From positions 4,807,361-4,871,360 of the forward strand of contig CM074805.1 in assembly GCA_037447605.1 (NCBI GenBank): a stretch of 64,000 nt of DNA, read 5' to 3'. Below, piece by piece: positions 1-11,557 of this stretch. The translations under genes were made by a program, and so were the position numbers. Position 1 is the stretch's first letter, and each line of letters starts with the position of its first letter. This DNA comes from Zygnema circumcarinatum SAG 698-1b (Eukaryota > Plantae > Zygnematophyceae). Below the pieces are notes generated by a model, which had not been told where the DNA came from, searched no databases, and saw only the letters and a list, made by a program, of their open reading frames with translations.

Positions 1-152
1 TGTTTGCCTGCTATTTGTGTACCTCCACGTACGGATCTTCGTTGCGAATCTTAGCTTCACAAACTGGTCGATAATTCAACTTTGGGATCAAAATCTCATT
101 TTTATTATCTGATTGTTTTTTTTGGGTTTTTGTCGACCTGTCTCCATTGTAG

Positions 153-2712
153 TGTGTTGGGCTGTTTCCGTTTATTATGCCTATCAACGGACATGGAAGC
201 CATTCAACCCTATTCTGGGGGAGACCTACGAATTGGCTAACCACAACGGCGTTAGTTTTTTAGCAGAGCAGGTCTGTTTACTGAAGCGTTTCATCATCCG
301 TGACTTTTTTTGCAGTTTGCACGGCATAGACTAGTTTTAATTCTAAAGCACTTAGGAAGTGGATGCATGCTAGAAAGAGACAGAAAGAATGTAAGGAAGT
401 GGTTGTTTGCTCGCGATGACATTCTCAATCTTATTGGGTTTGCAGGTCAGCCACCACCCTCCTATGAGTGCGGGCCATGCAGAAAACGAGCACTTCACGT
501 ATGACTGCACATCGAAGTTAAAGACCAAATTTTTAGGGAACTCACTTGATGTGTACCCTGTTGGAAGGTGTGTGCTCATGCACACTTGCACTCATTCACT
601 TACACAGTTCAAAGAAGTGGTGAATTATGAACCCTATCTTTTTCTCTCTTTAACTCTCACTATCTCTCTCATGCACAGGACACGAGTAGTGTTGAAGCGA
701 ACAGGACACGAGTTAGATCTGGTGCCACCTCCAACGAAGGTGCACAATCTCATCTTTGGTCGAACGTGGGTAGATTCTCCCGGAGACATGGTTTTGACCA
801 ATACAACAACGGGGGATAAGGTTGTGCTTTACTTTCAACCTTGTGGCTGGTTGGGGTAAGGTTTAAACCTTCTCTATTTTTATATGCACCTGGGAGGCAA
901 CGGTTGGAACATGAATCGACTACATTGATTGAGAAAAGCATCTGTGAAAATTACGATGGGCAGTAGCTATAATGTTTTCGAAGCACTATTCAGCCCTAGT
1001 GTGGATACGGAAGTTTGTGAAGTCTTACTATTTTCTGGCTCTGCTGTCATTGCAGATCCGGTAGGTATGAGGTAGATGGGTATGTTTACAATGCAGCGGA
1101 GGAGCCGCAGATGTTGATTACTGGCAAATGGAATTCCTCATTGAGCTGCCAACCCTGCGATATTGAGGGTGAACCTATCGAAGGAACAAAATTGCTTGAG
1201 GTACCTCACATTTGCTCATATGTTGCACTGCATTCTGGTTTTGAGAGAGGGCAATAGGCGAGAGAAAAGGAGAGAGCGAGCGGTTGTCGGGCAGCAGGGA
1301 AAAGGGAGAAGGGAGAAAATGGATGGGGTTGCACGAGGAAGTGGGAGTGGAGGGAGTCAGGGAGGGATAGGCAGGGGGAGTGTGGAGGAAAAGGGGGGTG
1401 GGACGGTTGGACCAGTAGAGGAGACGGGGGAAGTTGGAAGGTGAAGGGAATTTGAGAATGAGATGGAGACGGTATGGAGAACGGGTGTAAAAGGAGAGAG
1501 GACAATGCTGAAGAGCAGAGTAGAGAGAGAGAGGTAGAGAGGGGATGGAGGCATGAGTACATGCCGGGCGGGCGGGGGGAGGCATGAATTCACGCACCTA
1601 CTGGATTAATCGAGTTCGAAATGGTTAAACACCAGATTACTTATAATCTTTCTTCATTCGTAGGTTGTCGTTCTTTATATAAACAAGCTACTTAAACAAG
1701 CCTGCTACTTTATTTTTTTGCGGTGGACTTCCGCAAAGCATATTATCTTTTAGAAAGCCGAATGTCTGAGGACGTACTGTTGTGAACCTTCAGCAATCAT
1801 GTCCACCCGTTGTTCTTTCCCTATTTCTTTTGATCGTTTCTAGCCAGAAACGGATCACTATCTATAGGATCCTTAACTCGCAGACATCGATATTCTGAGG
1901 AAATATCGGTTTTGTCTGGCTTTGCGTCTCATGGCTGGACTTTCCGCTGCCTCTTGAAGGCTTTCTCCAAATCTCATATCTTACAAGGCGCTGCTCTTCT
2001 GTTTTCCTCATGTATTCAGGTGTGGAGAGTAGCGGATGCTCCAAAGAATGACAAGTTTCAATATACACACTTTGCCCACAAGATCAACAGCTTTGAGACA
2101 GCTCCCAGAGGGCTCTTGCAGTCAGATTCACGTTTGCGACCTGATCGGTTTTCTCTCGAGCACGGAGATATGATGAAGGCAGGCCTCGAGAAAGCTCGGT
2201 CAGCATACCTTCCTTCCGTCCTTCCTTCCTTTATTGCTGTTAGTGGGAAGTTGTGTTTTGGGTGGCTTCACATGTACGAGGTGACGTTATCAAGCGATTG
2301 AATGAGAATGATTGCCTTGATTGTTGTCCAACAAACCCTAAAATTTTGGTAACGCCTTGGAAGCATTCCTGTGTGTTGTGCGTTTTATGAGTGAAGAGGG
2401 AGCTGGTATTGGCATCGCAGGCTGGAGGAGAGGCAGCGGGCGGAGAAAAGGGAAAGAGAGAAGCAGGGCAAGTCCTTCGCTCCCAAGTGGTTTGAGCTGT
2501 CGGGAGAGGTCGTGGACAGCCCTTGGAATGACACTCTTGAAGTGTATAACTTCAAACCCGCCTACAACGAATATCGGGAGAGAGCCGTAAAGGAAGCTTC
2601 TGCTGTGGATCCGTCAAAGCTACATTTCTGTCCATGGCAGTTTGATGTGGATGAGGTGGTAGTGGGCGAGGCGGAAGTCACAACAGGCATCGTGGCAAAC
2701 AAGGAGGATTAG
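153..2712 (+). CDS. ORP3: Oxysterol-binding protein-related protein (plant ORP3 type); 5' part lies upstream of the window
   Basis: Exons 153-271, 446-567, 679-855, 1056-1200, 2020-2198 and 2421-2712, all GT-AG and phase-compatible. Translation has [12 protein letters not shown], the OSBP signature [46 protein letters not shown] and [10 protein letters not shown], matching Arabidopsis ORP3 as I recall it. Confidence 0.95.
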
Positions 2713-4566
2713 AGGCATCTTCTCTCATACCTCGATTGCAGCTGAGGGAGGAGTAACCCATTAGTGGAACGGATCTCCCTCTCTCCCTCTCTCTGCCTCT
2801 CTCTCTTTCAGAGAGTCTCATCCTCTGAGCCGTTTGCACTTACCTCTACGCCCCTGGTTCCTGGAAGAAGAGGAGGGCTTCCAGTGGGGCGGGTCTCTCT
2901 CCAGCGGTCGTAGATTCGACCTTACCATTCTATGGTTAGATTTATAAGGGCCCGACATGGTATAGCGGACATCGAAGCTGAAAATAGAAGAATTGGGTGC
3001 GAGGGCAGCCTTTTCTGTAAGCAGCAGCAGCGCAAAGGGAAAGAGAGGCGGCGAAGGTAGCATTTTTCTGACCTTCTGGGAATATGAAAGAGGGTTTGTA
3101 TCCTAGTGGGTCCTGTGGTCTCTCTGCGTGAGTCTGAATCTTAGTGGTTCCTTTGGTCTCTCTTTTAGTGTGGGTGAGTGTAGGCAGTGTAAAGGTAGTG
3201 AACATATGGAGCTTCCTCTTATGGCGTGTACAGGAATTGGCTGTTCCGTTTAGGACCCCCCGTGGGACTCTCATGTTGGAGCAATTGTTCCCTTTGGTTT
3301 ATTTGGGCACATTGAATCATGCATGATGTCATTGCTACGTTACATTCCATGAGGTCATGTCTTGTCGCGTCATGTCACATCCCCTCATTGCTATGCCATG
3401 TCCATTCATGGTCAATAATGAGAGGTTACGGAAGGTTAAACACTCAAACAATGCCAAATCTATTTCCTCTCAGTACTAAATGAAATTTATAAAACCAATT
3501 ATTACAAAAGCGAACTGACGGTACTTAGTGGCCTATCAAGTCTTAACCACTCGCCAGAGGGGGCAGGATCCTCCTCTTGAGACCTCCCTCATGGCCCTGC
3601 TATCGATACACACTGTTAAAAATTTGAGGAATGATTTGGCATCGATTTCACAATCGCGATGATGTGGTAAAATGTACATGGACAAACCCAACAACATGGG
3701 GAACCACGAGGAGGAACTGGCCACAGAGGGGTTTGGCTGCCGTGTACAGAGGCCCACCGCGGTCGACGGCTGCAAGCCGACGTGGCACCAGCCGCACACG
3801 TGGCGTCGAGACTATCCCTGGGCGGCCAGGTGGCAAGTCGCGATTGGACAGATCATCGCGTTTTTGCTGTTATCTCACCTCGGACGTCTATCACGACAAC
3901 AACGTCAGCACGATCTGCCACGTTACAGGCAGCGATCCCGTACGGTCGCAGATCTCCTTTCCACCTTCCACGAAGCTTCTTCGAAAAAAACGAGAAGAAA
4001 AATGGCATCTCTTTTTTCTTCAAAATGTGCGAATCCCATGATTGCTCAGCGCTGTCGCGTCACGTTCACGTTTACGAACCCAGATTTTCCCAATTTCCTG
4101 CTTTACCAGCTCCGTGTGGCGAGACTGATACGCAGTTATTCTGACACAGAGTGTGATCCCGTACGGATCGAACCTTGGACCCACAAAAATCTTTCGCCGA
4201 TTTTGCCGATGGTTCCGAGGTAGCGCGACAACTGGCCACGTGTCAGCCCGACCACGTGGTTGCCTCCCGTGGCCCCCTCTGGGCGCGGAGGGGTCCCACG
4301 TGACGCCGCTCATTGGCCGAGGCCACGAAACCGACAAACAGACTGCAGAACTCTCATTGGCGGACAGAGGGTTTCCGCTCTCTGATTGGTCCATTTGGGC
4401 CGTAGGCGAGGTAAGGGCGGTTGACTGTTCGTACAAAACTCTGTCGGCTACAAGAGCAAGAGCAAAGATTGTCTGCTAGCGCTTTGGAAAGCTCGCGGAG
4501 GGGCGCCGCTTCCGCCTCCCCGTACGGACAATGATTGACTGTACGAACACACCCTAGACGACAATG

Positions 4567-6030
4567 CAGTAGACCCCCCCAATATTTTCGCCCCTCTTAT
4601 TTTCGCTACCCAATATTTTCGGGTAGTGATATTTCCACCCCTTTTTTGGATCCAAACACCCCTTCCCGGCCGGGCAGATTTCAAAAAGGATTAAAAACGG
4701 AAAATGCTTTTTTCACACCTTTTTGGAATCGATACCACCCTCCATCGGCAGATTTTATTTCTGCGAAACAAGGAAAATAATAACCCGTCACCCTATTTTG
4801 AATATCCCGCCTACCTGAATTTTTTTTCACGCGTGCGGTCAATCGCAGCCGTCGATTCCCTCGCAGATCCCAACACGACAGATCAATATTTGATCGGCAG
4901 CCGGGCTCGGTCACAGCGCATGGCACGTGTCCACGTATCCCGCCAAAGTCCTCTCAAAAGTTTGTCCGTACAAATGTCATACGGTCGCAACCTGAGGAAC
5001 CCAAAATTTCGTACATTGAGATCTTAGACCAATCACAAATTTCCACGTCAAAAATGTAGCACGTGGCAGATGTTGATTGGCTGAGAGCTAACAATGACGA
5101 GATCTCGGGCCGAAGGACGCGCGCACTCGCACGTGCGATTTGGCTTTGACGGGACTCGTGGGCGCTTTCCATTCGCTAAGATCGAGCCCGGCTGCAGATC
5201 GAACGGTGATCTGCAGTGGTGTGATCTGCGAGGGAATCGACAGCTGCGATGGACACACACGTGTAAAGGACGGACACCCGCGAACGATCTCGTGGCGGAC
5301 GGATCTTCCGCTCCGAGCGGATTCGGGCAGGCAGATATTTCTTTCCCTCAAAAAAAAAATTCAGGGAGGCGGGAGACAGTATTCAAAATGCGATGACGGG
5401 GTATCATTTTCCTTGGTTAGCAAAAATAAAATCAGCGGACGGAAGAAGGTGGGTATCGATTCCAAAAAGGTGTGAAAAAGCATTTTCTGTTTTTAATCCC
5501 TTTTGAAATCTGCCCGGCCGGGAAGGGGTGTTTGGATCCAAAAAAGGGGTGGAAATATCACTACCCATATTTTCGCCCTGATTTTGCCAAAACCACTTTT
5601 TTGTACGGTAAACCCTGTGTTAGCCTACTGACCGTACTGACCGTAGTGAACGTACTAGTCAAACTGTACTAGGCTTACGATTCGTACTAGCCGTATTGAC
5701 CGTACTGTACTAGCCTTAAGAGCCGTACTAGCCGTATTATCCGTACTGTACTAACCTTACTAGCCGTACTAGCTGTACTAGCCGTTACGGGCTCAACGAC
5801 TCTTCCCGCACGTGCCGCCGTAAGAGGCGCTCGCTCCTCTCCACTTCTTCTGAACTTCGATACGGTACGATACGATACGATACGTACGAACAAACAGTAA
5901 CTCTAACCGAATACCGCCCGCCTATTGTTAACACGGACACCCTTATATTTTCGCTACCCAATATTTTCGCCCAATATTTGCCGAAACCATGGCGAAAATA
6001 TTGGGGCGAAAATATTGGGGGGGTCTACTG
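4567..6030. mobile_element. MITE family A copy 1 (Tc1/mariner-like ends), carrying nested or extra DNA
   Basis: TIR CAGTAGACCCCCC at 4567 and GGGGGGTCTACTG ending 6030, with repeated AATATTTTCG motifs. It is the reverse complement of the 191-bp copy at 60503-60693 once inserts 4621-5566 and about 5602-5908 are removed. Flanked by TG on both sides. Confidence 0.8.
4621..5566. mobile_element. Non-autonomous long-TIR DNA transposon, family B copy 1 (Mutator/foldback-like)
   Basis: About 120-bp near-perfect TIRs starting GGGTAGTGATATTTCCACCCC, with degenerate symmetry out to about 290 bp. 8-bp TSD ATATTTTC at 4613-4620 and 5567-5574. No ORF. Inverted second copy at 30122-31059. Confidence 0.9.
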
Positions 6031-6689
6031 TGGTTGGAAGTTCCCGACCGTACGAAGGAAATATTTGTCTGTTTGACGTGGACGCGTTTCATTGGCTGGT
6101 GGAAAATTGGAGCGGATCGCTTTCTAGATATTGACAGTACTTGACAGTTTTTCAGAAACTTTTGTTCTTGCAAACATAAACATTTTAAAAATCCCTAAAT
6201 ACTTCTTTATTTTTAAGGAGCGGTTACGAAGCATTTGAACCAATGAACGGCGAGAATTCAGCTCAGGGTGTGATGAGGTACAAATAGTAATTCCTTTTTT
6301 ATTTCAACTCTCTTTTTTTGTTATGTTCAAGCTCGTTTTTCTTTTTTCAAAGCAAATCAAATGTCGGCTTACGGTCCCCAGCATTCAAAACATTCTGACA
6401 TTGTTGCAACATACGACAAAACCGTACTGTAGGCTGATTTACCAATACGACAAAGCATCAGATAAAACCTCCGCCAGTCTCAGAAGCCCATGTGGCAGCC
6501 TCGACCAATCAGAAACGCCCTCTACTGACAGTGCCTCCGACACTCCTCCCATTGGCCGGATCGCTACACGTTCGTACGGTTTCGTACAGCGCTTCAACCT
6601 TTCTGGCAATCCCGGCTCCTTCACCGATATTTCACCCCATTCCATTCCAAGTCGATGACGTGGAGCAATAGAAACGTTTCACTCAACCC

Positions 6690-6772
6690 GGTCAGCCAAT
6701 CACAGCTGCCTGTCTCCCAAACGGACCGATTTAAACGTTTTGCCTGCCCGGACCCTCCGACGGCCTATATAA
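6690..6772 (+). promoter_or_regulatory. Candidate core promoter of the amidase gene (CCAAT box and TATA box)
   Basis: AGCCAATCA near 6695 and TATATAA at 6766-6772, followed by a CT-rich leader and a probable 5'-UTR intron (GAG|GTAAGC at about 6857, ending GCAG at 7074 just before the ATG). Confidence 0.55.
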
Positions 6773-7074
6773 CCGGCCTCTTCAGCCTTTCCCCTTCATC
6801 GCCCTCTTCGCTCCCTCTTTCGCGCACTCCCTCCCTTCCTCCCCGCCCTCATTGAGGTAAGCCGTCTACCGAAGGCCACTGTAATTCAACGCCTATTATA
6901 CGTGCAATCTTGTTTTATGGAGACGAAGAGGGAGAGGGAGAGGAGGGGGAGAGGGCAGGGAGAGAGAGAGGGAGGGAGAGGGAGCTGATGATGATGATGA
7001 TGATGATGTAACCGGTGCGCCAAGTTCTTTCCAGCATTTCTGAATCTGTGTCCTGCTCTCTCCTCTCCGTGCAG

Positions 7075-10000
7075 ATGGCTCGCCACGTGGCTCCAATTGC
7101 GGCACTTGCGGTGATCCTCCTGGCGGGGACTTATGGCGCCATCGGGGCCGTCCACGTGGAGGGTGACACCGTGCACGAGCGGTACATGGACCCCGTCTCT
7201 CGGCGCATGCTCGTGACGAAGTTCACGTGCGCCGACATCGTCGAGATCACGATCGACCAAATCCAGCAGCTCTACTTCGAGAGGAAGCTCTCCGCCGTCA
7301 CGCTTGTCACGTGCTACCTCAGGCGCATTGCGGACATCAGCAACCCGCTCACGTACAAGCCCGCGCTGGTGAGCATGGCAGAGAGAGAGAGGGAGAGAGG
7401 GAGAGAGGGAGAGAGAGAGAGGGGAGAGGGGAATGGGCGAGTGGACGGAGGGATTCAGAGAGGCGAGAGCGGAGAATGGATGAAGATAGGGGGTAGGGAA
7501 AGTAGGGGCAAAAGAGGCAACACAACGATGCCAAAAAAAGGAGACTTTTCCTGCCATGTCGTTGTCTATGAGAGTGGGAGTGTAAGTGGGAACGATAGTG
7601 CGGTCGTGAGACACTAACTCTGATCTTCTCCCTCCCTCCCCTCCCTCCCCTCCCTCCCCTCCCTCCCCTCCCTCCCCTGCCTCCCCTCCCTCCCCTCCCT
7701 CCCCTCCCTCCCTCCCTCCCACTTGCAGGTTCCCTATGCTGTGAACGCCGTGTTGGAGATCAACCCGCGCGCCCTCGTCGTGGCCGGCGCGAAGGATTTG
7801 GAGCGCCGCACGAAGTGCGCGGCGGCGACATCGGCGGCATGTCTCGGGCCCATGCACGGCATCCCGGTGCTGCTAAAGGACAACGTCGCGGCGGACAGCA
7901 TGAACAACACAGCGGGTAGGGGCACGCGCTCTGGAACATGGCACGCTCTTGTGATCTGTCTGCGTCTATGCGTCTGCTTGTGGTTTTTTTTTAACGTTGC
8001 AGTCATTTTTCTTCTTTCATTTTTTTTTGGTTTTCTGAGGTTGCTGTTGTTGTTGTGGACATGCGTGTGTGCGTTTTTGTTGTTGTCGTCTCTGTTTTTT
8101 CGCATTTTGCCCTTCTAAAAGGATTTAATTTTAATCGAACGTTGTTAGGTCTTTTTACCGTATGGTTCTGCTTTTTACTTCCTAAAAAAATTAATAAAAA
8201 ATACAGTTTCGAGAGGTATGATCCAAATCATATGGAGCCTTTATTTACTCTCATAGGTCATTCAAGTAGGCCTTTGCTGCTCTTACCGTCTAGGGATGTC
8301 TCTCTTCTCTCTGTCTCCCCTCCCCTCTCCTCGTTCACTTATCTCCCCCTCACTCTCTCTCTCCCCCCCACCCCCCCTCTCTCTCTCTCTCTCCCTCTCT
8401 CAATGCGTGCAGGTTCATACGTCCTGTTGGGCTGCAAGGTGAATGAGGCGACCCTTACCAAGAAGCTGAGGGCTGCCGGTGCCATCATTTTGGGGAAGAC
8501 CGGACTCAGCGAGTGGGCGAACTACCGCGGGTCCTCCGTCTCGGGATGGAGCGGACGCGGAGGCCAAGTGTTTGTAAGTCGTTGCTTTTGCTTGTACAGG
8601 TTACAATCAAGATTAATTAATTGTAATGTATATCTTGCAGAAAAAATCAGTTACGTTTTAGTTTTTTTCTGGGAAACGGTTCTTTATTTTGATTAGCAGA
8701 GGTACTTTTTTTTTTGGTTTTTCAAATTCTTGCTCCAATAATCGTTGTTTTGGAACGACTGAGAGTTATGAACATTCCTATGAACCTTTCGTCCTCTCCT
8801 TTTTTCGCCTCCTTTACGCCAGAATGGTGTCAGCAAGAGTTCCAACTGCCGCTTCTAAATCTTTAGCTTTACTTTCTTTCCTTTTCTTAATTTTTTACTT
8901 GGGTTGTTCCTTGTTGTGCAGAACCCCTATGTGCGATACAGCCGCAACAACCTCACAATTCTCGCCAGCCCCTACACCGACATTCCCTCCGCCGTCACTC
9001 CCGGCGTGTACACCTTCGTGCTCAGCCCCGGAATCGTCTCCGGAAGCTCATCCGGATCTGCAGTCGCAGCCGCCACCAGCTTGGTACAAATCTGCTTGCA
9101 AGCAAATCTGTCCCAGTATAAGTTCATATCTCACAACAGAGTAGTAGACCTCCCTCCCATAGGAAGGTCCCTCCTCTCTTAACCCTTGCTGATGATAGAC
9201 AAGCTTCTTTTGGCTACATAAGTTTTGAATCATGCCTCTTGAGACTGTATATTTTATGCGTATTTTTAAGAAGTCAAAAGCAGAACCATAGGGTAGAAAG
9301 ATCTAACAACGTTCGATTAAGATTGAAAAATCCCTCGAGAAGCGCAGCCACCAGCTTGGTAAACTCTGCACATGCAAGCAAATCTGTCTTAGTTCTAGTT
9401 CATATCTTACAACAGAGTAGTAGACCTCCCTCCCATAGGAAGGTCCCTCCTCTCTTACCCCTTCTTGATGATAGACAAGCTTCGTTTGGCCATTAGTAAA
9501 GTCAACCCCCTTTGTGGGAGTTGCGTTTTTGCAGGCGACTGTAACCATCGGATCGGAGACTTCCGGTTCTATTTTGAGTCCGAGCTCTTCGCAGGGCCTT
9601 GTGGGCATCAAACCAACCGTTGGCCTCATCAGCCGAGCCGGCGTTGTCCCTCTCTCTCACAGCCAGGATACGGCCGGACCCATGTGCCGCACTGTTAGGG
9701 GTGAGAGGCCGAGGGGGGAGTCCATGGGGATGCATGGGGAGAGGGGCATGCAGAGATGTATGGGGGGGTCAATGGGTGGAGCATGGGGAAGGCATGGAGA
9801 TTTATGGGGGAAGGATAATGGCAGCATGGGAGATGTATGAGGGGAAGGTAATTGGTGCTTGGAGGATGCGTTGGCAATTCTGGGCTTTTGACTCGTGGGG
9901 ATGATTTCTCAACGTTTGATTTCTCTGTTCAGCATCTTCTTTCCTTGGCAATTGGGTTTGACATTAGAGAAAAGATGGATTATTTCGCAGACGCTGTGTA

Positions 10001-11557
10001 TGTGCTGGAAGCTGCCTATGGAGTGGACCCTTCCGACCAGGACACCGTTTCTCAGATCGGCCTTACCCCGACGAGCTACATCCCACATCTTAAAGCTGAT
10101 GGGCTGTCTGGTGAGAATTTTAAACTTAGTTAATCTTCTGAAGCATCTCCCCTTGATAAGCGGGATGTCTGAAACTGCACCTGAGATTGTGGCAGGCAAG
10201 AGGATCGCCGCGGCTCCTCTGAACCCCAACACAGTGGATCCTTTGGTCCAGGCTGCATATGCCGATGCTATTATTAAGATCAGGTGAGACTTCAAACCGC
10301 CTCTCTGTGTGCAATCTGCAACTCAGTTTCGTTTGTTTGTTGGCTGCCCTCCCGCTCTCCTCTCTCCTCGCCCTCTCATTCCTTGCCCCCGCTCTTCTCC
10401 TTCAGCCCCCACCCTCCCTTCTCACTCGATTCTCCCTCCCTATCATTCCATTCTCCCTCACCCTCGCACTATCTCATGTCCCAGACGCTGCCTCCTTGTT
10501 CCGTTGTGGCAGGGCTGCCGGAGCAATTGTGGATGTGTTTCCTGCTCCCACTCCCTTCAACTCCACATACCCACTTGTCAACCAGACAATCAGCTCAAAT
10601 CTCATCCTTCCCACCGACTTCAAGGTCGACATGGCGCTTTACCTTGCTGGTAAGGAAAACCCCTTAACGTAACGTGCAGTTTTAAGTTTTGAGTTTTTAG
10701 ATTCAACAGCGAATGTCTTTATTAACCCTTAATTTTCATCAATGCAGGCTGCACATGGGCCAGTGGCTTTACACCCATCAAGACCCTTGCGGATATGCTC
10801 GCCTTCAATAAGGCAAACTATCTCCTCGAGTTTCAGGGAGGAGTGGGAATCAGGGGAGACCCCGCCTACGGAAACTTCTATCAACAGACCTGGGAGACGT
10901 CGCAGACCACCAAGGGACTCTATGATTCTGCCTACCTCACGCAGAAGGCGGTATGACCTCAAATCTTCACTATACGACCCATTTTTACATGCAGACCTTG
11001 AATGAGCTTGCATATTTCTAGTAACGAAATGCCGCATGCACTTTCTTTTGGACTACATTGTTCGAAGCGATCTGCTGCTTTGACTGACTCCGGATACGTC
11101 TTGTGTGTTTGCAGCTTGCTGCTTGGTCTGCAGAGTCTCTCACAAACTTCTTCAACGGAATGAACGACAATAGCGCCGTTTATGATGCCCTGATGCACGC
11201 GGGATCCTTCACAGGCACCTTCGCGAGAGCGAGGTGATCCCAGCTCGAAGAAAACCCTAAATGCATGACTTGGTGATGACTTTGCTTGCTCGCTTGGTTC
11301 ACCACGACATACATACATGCATATATGCATATTCCAAACAAGCTGAATATTCTTATGCTGGTGTGTTCTGCAGATACCCCTCCATCACGGTCCCGTTCAC
11401 CAAGACATCCCTCGGCCTCCCCAACGGCCTGTACTTCTCCGGCCCGGCCTATTCCGAGGCAACCCTGATTGAATTGGCGTACGGATTTGAGCAGACCATC
11501 ATGAACGGAGTGCGCTTCCTTCCCACCTACTGCAACAACTACACCTGCGCCACTTAG
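7075..11557 (+). CDS. Secreted amidase-signature family protein (11 coding exons)
   Basis: Exons 7075-7368, 7729-7915, 8413-8573, 8922-9083, 9535-9700, 9991-10110, 10196-10283, 10513-10649, 10748-10950, 11115-11233 and 11374-11557, all GT-AG in frame. Hydrophobic N-terminal signal. Motifs GIPVLLKDN (Lys), [17 protein letters not shown] (cis-Ser), GSETSGSI (Ser nucleophile), [31 protein letters not shown] and YPSITVP. Confidence 0.93.

Noticed and set aside
3672-4479. Cluster of 100-180 aa ORFs in GC-rich intergenic DNA (similar clusters at 20544-21300 and 60700-62100)
   Set aside because: No recognisable domains, splice structure or codon pattern; they overlap repeat- and motif-rich DNA.
4621-5566. 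Possible transposase coding capacity in elements A, B, F, G, H and I
   Set aside because: All are under 1 kb of own sequence, with no DDE-like ORF; non-autonomous.
6886-7857. 323-aa minus-strand ORF
   Set aside because: Antisense to amidase exons 1-2 plus intronic repeats.
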